From contig JAYWIR010000021.1 of the NCBI GenBank assembly GCA_036172245.1, positions 2,170,001-2,234,000 on the forward strand: DNA of 64,000 bases, read 5' to 3'. This document shows positions 51,186 to 60,404 of the stretch, one piece after another; position 1 is the stretch's first letter; each line of letters begins with the position of its first letter. Source of the DNA: Raillietiella orientalis. Taxonomy: Eukaryota. Both the position numbers and the translations under genes were made by a program. The notes under the pieces were generated by a model. It made no database searches and was not told the DNA's origin. It saw only the letters and a program-made list of their open reading frames with translations.

Positions 51186-51499
51186 GCCCCGGCGTAACCG
51201 GCTGTTGATCCACTCAGCCTCGCCCCAGCAAGCGGTCGCGCCACTCCCGACCCCCCCTTCCCCTCCGGCGCGGCAGAGCTGCTGTGCTTCTCCGGCCTCC
51301 CAGACGGCCTGGCCTAATCTCCTCCGAGGTGTCCGGCGGTGTCCGCGACGCGCCTCGGAGGATGGTGTCCGCGAAGAACCCGAAGTCTCAGAGCTTCGAG
51401 AAGGGGTGGAGGTCAGGCGGCGTCTTCTCCGAGGGGAGCGCCTTGCAGGCAGACAGAAGGGGGGGCGGCAAGGGAGCAGTGCGATGGGGGTCTTGGATG

Positions 51500-51710
51500 A
51501 TGGCGCTGGCTGCCGCCGTTCTTTTCCTTTTTCGAAGCACCGTCCGCGCCACCCGAGGGCGCGTGTAGTAACTCTGCAAGAGTTGGGGGATACCCCGGAG
51601 GGAACCACCCTATGGATCCGGGAAGAGCTGGAGGAAGGAGTCCGTTCCTCTCACGCTTGGGAGGGAACCCCCACCTTCATTGTCTCCGATTTCCACCCGG
51701 ACACTCCGGG
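51500..51710 (-). repeat. 3' portion of the tRNA-like-headed repeat
   Basis: Minus strand ccctcccaagcgtgagaggaacggactc...cttcccggat...cacgcgccctcgggtggcgcggacggtgct aligns with 22060-22200. Confidence 0.65.
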
Positions 51711-51779
51711 GCGTTTTTTTAAATCTAAAAGAAACTCCCAAATTGTTTTTTTTCACTCAGTCTTGCCAGGGCGTTTCTA

Positions 51780-52430
51780 ATTAACAATAATAAAGGTATA
51801 ATACATTGGTTACATGGTGAAACACGTGGTTTACCACGTCCGTCCAACTTGCCGATCGCCGGTACGGAAACCGCAAAATAGCAAACAAAAAACAATAAAA
51901 GAAGAGGAAAAGTTTTCTGGGGAAGGGATCACGTCACGCTGGGAGACATCCTCTGCATCCTGCCCAGGATGCTGACAAGTTGTGTTCCCATATTGCCTAG
52001 GTGCCTAGGGGCATCTGGAGGCGGTCTTCAAAAAGATTTGCACCCAGTGAATGGAGTCCCTGCCATCCTGGCCTCTCCTTCCAGCGTTCCAGGCTGCCAC
52101 GGTTCCGCGGACGCAGCAGAGAACTGCTAGGAACGTGGCGGAGGGGCATGAACCAAGAGGCGCCAAAAATGCCCCTGGGGCGCCAACTGGGGTTGCTAGG
52201 GTCATCGAGAAGCGGTACCAAAGGGGACGGAGGGCGGCAAAGTCTAGTAGGAGGTGCGGGAGAGTCTCCTTCTTCCTGTACTGTCCCATTCGGCATCCAT
52301 CTTCCCCCGTATCCAGTGGTAAAGGTGCGCTTTGCATGGGGTTCCCCCGTGCAACATCAGCAATGCCAACTCCTGTCACTCGAAGGGGAGAGAGTCACTG
52401 TTCCAGCACGCTGGAAGCCACTGCACCTCC
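51780..52430 (-). mobile_element. Decayed 3' end of the same LINE family (copy B)
   Basis: Minus-strand translation RKKETLPHLLLDFAALRPLWYRFSMTL matches copy A's knuckle region. The downstream sequence aligns with copy A (cttgtcagcatcc...ggatgcagagga...gatcccttccc). Confidence 0.68.
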
Positions 52431-53215
52431 TCCGGAGGCATCGTCCCGTCTAAAGGACTTGTGCTTTGGGGCAAGCTTCTCGCAATACCTCCGGAGGAGG
52501 TGAAGCAGCCCCCGGCGTGTTGGGACAGTGGCACCCTTCTGATGAAGTGGCAAGAGACGGCGTTGCTCTTCTTGCATCGGGGAATCCATAGCAGAGCACT
52601 CCTCTCTCACTGGACACTTGGAAGTGTGGATGTCCGTTGTGCAGAGTGAGGCAGAAAGGAAACCTTCCCGCATCTCTTGATGGACTGCGTCGGCCTCCGT
52701 GAACTTTGGGATCGACTCTCGTCGATTCTGAATCTTCCAGCAGGCGACCCTGAAGACATTTTCCGGCGCCTCTTCAGGCGTGATGCCCTTTCCTCCTCCG
52801 CGTCTCTCTAGCAGTTCTCTGCTACGTGCTCGGAATCGCGGCCAGGTAGAACCCCAAAAGAAGGCAAAACATCAGGGACGCCACGCACTGGACCACGATC
52901 TTCTTGGAGACCGTGTCAAGATGACCCTACTGGAATAATTTAAGAGTAGCACTTGTCCGCATCCGTAACAGGATGCCGAGGACCAATCCAGGCGAGCAGT
53001 GATCCATTCCCTGCCCTCTCCTCTCCCCCAAAACATTTTCCTCCTCATTTCAATTCTTTTCGTTCATTTTTTTGTTTTGTTTTTCCCTTCCCCTTCGCCG
53101 TTGGAGAGCACCTCGCCGGTCAGCGTACCGGTTCATGACAAGTCTCCCGAGCGTGGCGAAACAAAGTGTTCTACCACAAAACGAACAGTCATGACGACTT
53201 TATTAAAAAAAAATT
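52430..53215 (+). mobile_element. Decayed 3' end of the same LINE family (copy C)
   Basis: LLMKWQETALLFLHRGIHSRALL...VRCAE*GRKETFPHLLMDCVGLRELWDRL is a zf-RVT-like segment. The downstream region is homologous to copies A and B and ends in an A-rich tail at ~53205. Confidence 0.72.
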
Positions 53216-53229
53216 TTGTAAAAAAAATT

Positions 53230-53590
53230 TCAATAATGAATGCTCGGCAAATCCGAGTGTAAAACATCGCACCGACCTCGCAAAATGGACGACTTCGCTC
53301 TGTCCGCATCAAGTCCGGTCCCGCGGCTGAGCAGCTCGAAGCGCTCGAGTGCAGACGCCGGGGTGGACCCGGGGAGCCGCAGATGCAGATCATCCGCGTA
53401 AGTCGACACGGCAGTCGTGCCCGGACACGAGCTCGGCCGGGTTGCCAGAGTCTTCTTGTAAGCGCTCAGCACCAACTTAAAGTAGATGCTGAAGAGTAGG
53501 GGGCTGAGACTGTCACCCTGCCTTATGCCGCGGCGAACGGGCACGACATGCACGTGCCGGCCGCTGAAAGAGATGGTCATCGGCGCACCA
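53230..53590 (-). mobile_element. Non-LTR retrotransposon reverse transcriptase fragment (L1/Tx1-like), truncated
   Basis: Translation VPVRRGIRQGDSLSPLLFSIYF...VSTYADDLHL...LERFELLSRGTGLDADRAKSSIL carries the non-LTR RT motifs QGxxLSPxLF and YADD plus the following G-L-x-x-x-x-x-K-S motif. The rest of ORF2 is absent. Confidence 0.85.
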
Positions 53591-53599
53591 GCACTCGCG

Positions 53600-54164
53600 T
53601 TTATCTACGATTGGTAGGGAAAATACCAAGGGAGCCCTCTCCTTGGCTGTCTCCGAAAATAACTTCTTCCTTGTTCTCTCCTAAGGGTTCCCCGGAAAGG
53701 ATCCGCTCCTTCATTGCTCCTCTGAAGAGAGTCCCCAAATCCCGACGCGCGTCCGCCAAAGATCTCTAAGGAATGCTCCCCTAAGGGAGCAGCGCTCTGG
53801 AGAGGCAGCCCCCCGAGAGGGCACCAACCAGCCCCATGGAACGCGATGGAGGGTTCCTCCTCGAGATGGGGGGAACCTCGAAGGGAGCTCCTCGATTCCT
53901 GGAAGGAGCCCGGAGGATCGACTTCCAATCCCGTTCAGTCAAAGGGGGCATACGGAGACCACCAGTGCCGCCCGCACACAAAGCCAACCAAGGCCCACCA
54001 GAGCCATCCTTCGGGGGAGGGGGGACACACTCGAAACCCCACGACGCGCGTCCTCCATTGATCGGTGTCGACCCTTTCCCCTGACGGGATTCGAACCCTG
54101 GCCGCGAGGCCGCCGGCGCAAGCGTGGCTGTCGCTCTTTTCCGGCTTGCTGGCTGCGCAGGGGT
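53600..54164 (-). repeat. Interspersed repeat with a tRNA-like head (SINE-like or LINE 5' region)
   Basis: Perfect B-box GGTTCGAATCC (54097-54087) inside an ~88-nt segment closed by a CCCCTG/CAGGGG acceptor-like stem. The body (ttggaagtcgatcctccgggctccttccaggaatcgaggag...gatcctttccggggaa) is homologous to 21.5-22.0 kb. Confidence 0.7.
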
Positions 54165-54538
54165 CGGAGGACTTTCGGTGGGACTGGCCACCAGGAGGCG
54201 AAAAATCCCCCCGGGGTCGAAACGCGCCACTGCTCGCGGGCGACTCCCGCTCTGCCGAGCGTTCTCCGGGCAGGCCGACTGGCTCGCAGGGCCTCATAGC
54301 CGCTTCCGCGGGCACCTTGCGAGCTTCTTCCGAGTAGGCAGACGGCGGTCTACCCGATCCGACGGGCCTGCGACCTCCGTCGCCCACGCCTCGGGCCTCT
54401 TCCCGTGGACCCACGCGTTCCCTCGTGCCCGCGGCGGAGCTCTCCCGAAGCCTCCCCCTGACCGGCGAGTCCCCGCTGAGTCGCTCCGCTGGGCTCACGG
54501 CGACCTGCGCGCGAAGGGGGGAATGGGAATCCTGCATT

Positions 54539-55114
54539 TACCCTTCGAGTCGCCGTGGCTCGCGCCACCGTCCCGAGGCGAAAAGAGGAGAGGGAGGGAA
54601 GCACTCCCTTCCCAGGTCCCGCTCCGCCGTGACCAACACGCGGGTAGGTTCTCTCACGAAGGACCACTCCGTCAAGGGGACGGAAGAGGGCGGGCCGCCC
54701 GATGCCAACGGGAGAACACGCCCAGGCGCACGAGCAGGTCGCATCCCAGGAACGGCCGGCTGCATCCGTTGCGGCGGGATCATCGCATCCTTTCGCTGAG
54801 GCGACCTGGCGATGACCCCGAGGAGATGATTTGGTCCTCGGGGCTTCCCGGGCCCATCTCCCCGATAGGGAATGTGTGTGTGTGTGTGTAGGGGGGTGGG
54901 ACGTCCATTTCGTGGAATTCCCTTCCCGTTTCCCTTCCTCGCCACCTCTCTCCTCCGCGGGATCTCACTCGGGGTCGCGACCGCCGTCGCCCTCTCCTCT
55001 CCTCAGCCGATCGCCTCAAGGAAAAAGCGGCGACGGGGGCGACGATCTCTTGTGCTTCTGGCGCCCGGTCGTCCGGGGTGCCACTGCGTCACGCAGGACG
55101 GGCACGGAGGGACT
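54539..55114 (+). repeat. ~575-bp direct repeat R, copy 1 (contains the 7SL-like segment and a (TG)8 tract)
   Basis: Near-identical to 57443-58027. Confidence 0.95.
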
Positions 55115-57442
55115 GCGCGCGCAGGCGCGCCAGGGGAGCAGTCATGTGTGAGTGTATTGAGGAGTCGCTGGAACCGTTGGGAGGGAGGAGGAGGAGGAAG
55201 AGGAGGAGTTGAGGAGGTGCCTGCCGGGGCGTCTGAATCGGGTGGATGCGGGTGACCGTGCGTCCCCTGACGTGGCGCCATGCGGCAGCTTCGGCTCGAG
55301 GGAAAGATAAGAGGGTGGACCTCTGACGTCAGCGGCACTCGCATTCGGCGTCGGCTCCCGCCAGCGCGAAACCAAGGCCCCTCGGGGACTCGGCTGTCTC
55401 ACCGACGGGATTTCCCTGGAGCAGGGGAGAAGAAGGCTTTAGAAGGAAGGAAGGGGGTGGGGTGGGAAGAAGTGGAGAACCGCTGGCATCCCTTCGTCTG
55501 GACCATCGCCCCTCCACTGCCCGAGAACGTCGCGACGACGATCGGAACGAAAGGGCGCGCGAGCGCGGTTTAGGAGGAAAAGTCCTCGAAGATCGACCCG
55601 ACGGCTGGGAGGACCAAAGCGCAATGCGACGCCGTCCGCGGATACGTGTGGCGCGACACGGCCCACTGCCCCTCGACGGAAGGAATGCGGGGGGGGGGGA
55701 CAAGGACAACAACTACAAAAAAAAACAAAAACAAACAAACAATCAGCGCATCGGCGGAGGGCGGACATGGCGCGCGCGCGTACGGGACGAGGGGAGGGAG
55801 GGGGGTCCGCGCGGCGTGCGTTTCGTGGGCTGGCGAAAGTTCCACGCGCGTCGCTTGCGGCCGCCGCATGTCCGCTCCGGGAAGGCCGGCAGAGGGTGGC
55901 GGCGGTGGACTTCCTTGAGACGGCGGCGCGCGGAGGTGGAACGCTGTCCCCCCTTTGACCGGGCGCGGTCGTCTCGCGGGGCGCCTCCCCGCCCCCTATG
56001 AGGGGCGTCCCGAAAATCCAAAGGGAATTTCTCCCGTTCCTCTCGGAGCGGGGCTTCGACGGGAAGCAGCGGCGGTCTCCCTTGATGAACCGGCGCTCGG
56101 GAAGACCGCGCCCGTTTGCCCTCTCTCCCTGCATGTTAGCGGGAAAAGCGGGCGGAGGGCCGGCAATGATGACACGGAGGCGACGCCACGGGCAGTCCCT
56201 CAGGCCTCTCCGGTCCTCGAAGAGCTTCCAGGAGGATCCTGCCTTCCCAGGGAGGCGGGACGAGGACCTCGCGCTTCCGGGAGGGACCGTCTCCCTCGTC
56301 CCCACCCTGCTCCTCCTCTGAGGAGGCACCTGACGGGCCGAGCCCGGAGGGAGACACGCGCCTACTCTCTGCTCCGCGCGCCGCCGCCCGGGGCTCAACT
56401 CAGCTTTCCCTCCCGAAATTTGGGTCACCTGCCCGTTTCTCGGTCGCCTGCGGAAGTCATGCCCGTCGGCAGGCATCTTATCGGAACTTATCGGCACCTT
56501 ATCGAGCGCGCTGCCTCGTAGGGGTCACCCTCCGTGCCCGCGGTCGGCGCAGCCTTCCGAGAGCGCTTGACCGTTGATTAACGAAGCGTCGACGGCGAAC
56601 GTGTCGACGGGCACGCACGCGACCGCCTGTCCTTTCTGCACCGCCGCTGGCGACGGCGAAGACCGGGAAGGAGGATAGGCGAATCTGAGCAGGAACAGGG
56701 AGCGGAATGCCGTCCGGGGCGACGAATCGCGAGCGGGCCACACGGGCGGTGGGTCCGACGCGCACCCGAGGGAAGCACGCAGGGAAGGGTCGACGAGCGC
56801 TCGAGAGGTTGCGAGAGCGAAGTGGGGATAGTCCTGGGGTTCTCCCCGTTCGCCGGGAACCTCGTCCCCGCCGGCGAACCGTCCAGTGGCAGGAGCGACC
56901 TCGCCGGCGCGACTGGAGCCATTCGGGGGAGAAAGAGGGGATCCTCGAGAGATTGCCCCGGGGCGTATCTTGTGCTTGAGGATGCAGGGTGCCTTTCCCA
57001 GGAATGGGACCAGCGGTCCGCATCTTCCGGGATGCGATAGGGGGGCATTTCCGTTTCCCTACTCGGAGACCAGGCCAAGGTCCACCTTTCTGTAACCCCC
57101 ACATCCCTCCCGCAGCACGGACCAGGGAGCCGTCTCCGTCCATGCTGCCATCGCGCGGCGCCGAGGCCGCATCTCAGGATCACGCGCGAACCGCACCCGC
57201 GTGCGGGAGAGCGCGCACGTCTGCGAGGAGGGGAAATCCCCTTGGTCTTCGCCGTTCGGGACACATCCCGAGGGCAGGGGGCCGCGTACGCATCCTGTAG
57301 GACGGAAAGGGCGCTGACGCCGTTTCGTGCCCGCCTCTCCGCACCGTGCAGGAGAGCGCGCGTCCCTCTGGTTATCGTTCGCCGCTCATCCTTGTTGACA
57401 ACTGGTCATTCCCCGGGGCGTTCGTTGAAGAAACGACCAATC

Positions 57443-58027
57443 TACCCTTCAAGTCGCCGTAGTTCGCGCCGCCTCCCTGAGGCGAAAAGAGGAGAGGGAG
57501 GGAAGCACTCCCTTCCCAGGTCCCGCTCCGCCGTGACCAACACGCGGGTAGGTTCTCTCACGAAGGACCACTCCGTCAAGGGGACGGAAGAGGGCGGGCC
57601 GCCCGATGCCAACGGGAGAACACGCCCAGGCGCACGAGCAGGTCGCATCCCAGGAACGGCCGGCTGCATCCGTTGCGGCGGGATCATCGCATCCTTTCGC
57701 TGAGGCGACCTGGCGATGACCCCGAGGAGATGATTTGGTCCTCGGGGCTTCCCGGGCCCATCTCCCCGATAGGGAATGTGTGTGTGTGTGTGTGTGTGTG
57801 TAGGGGGGTGGGACGTCCATTTCGTGGAATTCCCTTCCCGTTTCCCTTCCTCGCCACCTCTCTCCTCCGCGGGATCTGACTCGGGGTCGCGACCGCCGTC
57901 GCCCTCTCCTCTCCTCAGCCGACCTCCTCAGGGAAAAAGCGGCGGCAGGGGAGCCGATCTCTTGTGCTTACGGCGCCCGGTCGTCCGGGGTGCCACCGCG
58001 TCACGCAGGAGAGGCATGGAGAGACTG
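57443..58027 (+). repeat. ~585-bp direct repeat R, copy 2 ((TG)12 tract)
   Basis: Near-identical to 54539-55114, offset ~2.9 kb. Confidence 0.95.
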
Positions 58028-58029
58028 AC

Positions 58030-58700
58030 CTTTTCGAAGGTAGTGTATCACACGTGATCCAACCACAAAAGGAACCCGCCCAGGTGTCGATGGGCACCGG
58101 CAAGGGTCACCTTCCGGCAGCAGGAGATGGGAAGGGGGTGGGGGAACAAACAAAAAGACGAAAAAAAAAAAAAGGCTGTGGAGGTCACGGGATGGGGTCA
58201 CAGGTTACCTGAGAGCGTCCTCCGTCCTTTCCAGGATGCCGGCAGGTTCCATCTGCCTGCTTCCCGGGTGGAGCCACCAGGCTGCCATCCGGAGGAAGCA
58301 CATGGCGTCCCTCGCCCATCCTGTCCTCCGTCGGAAGCCTTCGTCGGAGCCGCGAACCCCGCGGGCCGCGGCTGGCACAACGGTGCGAGTCCCGCGCGGA
58401 GTCTGCAAGACCTGGGGTTGTGTCAGCCGGGTTGCAGAGGGTCACGGCGAAACGTTCCCGCAGACGGCCGTGAGAGGGAAGTGTGACGACAAAGTCCACG
58501 AGCAGGGGCGAGGGCAGCAGTCCCGGCGCCATGCCTGCAAGCACGCCGACTCCCTGCCAATAGAAGGGGAGGGTGCAGCTGTCCAGAAACGCCGCCGGAG
58601 GCATCCACGAAGGGATTCCCAGCAGCTACCCCCCCTAACTCCAGTGGAGCAGTCCACGTCGGGGAAGGGAGGCACGTGGGGGTCGCGACGCCGGCTAGCT
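58030..58700 (-). mobile_element. Decayed, frameshifted 3' end of the same LINE family (copy D)
   Basis: Minus strand ccctccccttctattggcagggagtcggcgtg aligns with copy A ccctccccttgaagtggcaggagtcggcgttg. Minus strand ggaacctgccggcatcct...gaggac aligns with copy A ggaacttgccggcatcct...gaggac. A T-rich UTR follows. The upstream boundary is uncertain. Confidence 0.6.
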
Positions 58701-60350
58701 GTCCCGAGGCCCGACCGCTCGAGTCCCTTCTTCTTGCCTGCGGTCTTCGTAGGAGGCTTGTTGTCCACCTCGCCGGTGGGAGTGCCCCAGGCACCAGCTT
58801 CCGCAGTGAGAGCAGAGAGCGCAACCCGGAAGTCACGGGCGCTTCCGCCTCTCGCGGCGCGGCCCGTACCTCGCCCGCGTGCCAACCGCCTCCTGTAAAC
58901 CGGGCGCCACGTTTGGCGGGGCATACAGCCATGCACCCTCACCAGGGTGGCCAACCGGCCGATTCGGATTCCCCCGCATCCTCGGAGTGAAAAAAAAGGA
59001 GGGTGAGAGAGGGAGGAGGAGCTGTCCCAACGCGACGAGGAGGCATGGGGATGGAGGGATTGTTCTCCTGAACGGCGAAGCGGTCACCTGCCCTCGAGCG
59101 AGGAGGAGTTTCGCTCACCTCCGTCCGGCGCCCTCGCCGCCGTCTCTTGGAGGAGGGCTCCAGGCGCAACAGGGGGCAAGGGAGAGACCGTCGGGGTCCC
59201 CAGTGGTGGCTGGTCAGAGTGCTGCTGATGCGACGCGAGGACCTAAAGAGGGAGCAGAGGGGAAGGCGACGGCCAGGTGCCACGCCGACCTGACCTCGAC
59301 GTGCCGCGGGGAGTTCGGACCCCTCGTTCGAGGGGGGCTGGTCTCCATCGGGGGCTCCTGTGGGGAAGGGTTCGGGCGGGAGAGGGCGCCGGTGGTCGTT
59401 CGCATCTGAGGCGCGCTGGAGGGTCCACATGTTTCGGACGCTGTCCTTGGAACGGCGGGAGGCTGCGCCATCAGCGCGCGAGCGGTTTTTTTCGGAGTTC
59501 CCGGAAGCGGCTGCGTCTGTCGCCTCTGCAGGCGACACCGATCTCGGCCGCCATCAGGAGGTCTGGCGTCGCGAGGGACATTCCCCCCCATTCCCTCCTC
59601 TCTCTCTCTCTCTCTTCGGTGGATTTTCTGTCGGGCGGCCCGCCGCGGAAGACAGTGCGGCCGGGAGGAGAGCAGGTTCCTCTCCTCTTTGCTTCCCTCT
59701 TCCCGCCGCCGCTGCCCCCGACGGAAGCGCTCCCAAGGGGTGCGTCCCCGCGAGCGGAGGGTGTGCCGACCGGACCGATGGAGACCGCCGCCGGTCGGTC
59801 GCTCGCAGCGAACCTCCGTCCCCACGGGTACCGCCGCACTCACCCTCTTTCTTCGGGCCCCTTTCTGCCGCGCGCGGGACGCCTCCTCACCACCACCTGT
59901 TTACGCAGCACCTGCGAGGCGAAGGAACGCCTTCCGGCGTGCGCCCAGGCAGCCTTCTCCCACGGATGCGTCCCGGCGCAGAAGGCGAAGATAAAGGTGG
60001 GCTGCTCCGAAGGAGGCCGCGTTTACCCCTCCCCCCCCCCCCTCCAGTCTATTTATAGCCTCGATCCTGCGTGTATGTCCGCGCGCGCCACCTGCTGTGC
60101 GTGAAGGGTAGGTCGTAAGGCGCCGCGAGCCCCCGCCTGACAGAGTGCCCCAAAGGGAGGCGAAGCGACGCGCGGCAAAACAACGAAGCTGGTTGCAAAG
60201 AAGCACTTTGCGGAAGAGGAAGCGTGCCGGCGGAACTCACGGAAATCGGGATACGGGAGCCGGCGTGGGCCCGCAAGTCGCCACCGGTGCGAGCCGCAGA
60301 GGTGGGACGGCGGCGGAGTGTGCCGGGGCAACCCACACACATACACACAC

Positions 60351-60361
60351 GAGAGAGATAG

Positions 60362-60404
<43 letters not shown>
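60351..60404. repeat. Compound microsatellite (GATA)n(GA)n
   Basis: Directly visible. Confidence 0.9.

Noticed and set aside
54077..54164. Intact tRNA gene
   Set aside because: A B-box and an acceptor-like stem are present, but there is no proper D arm or anticodon arm. It is treated as a tRNA-like repeat head.
54539..58027. R copies as LTRs of an LTR retrotransposon
   Set aside because: No TG...CA termini, primer-binding site, target-site duplication or gag/pol remnants are evident between them, and homology fades gradually beyond the repeat.
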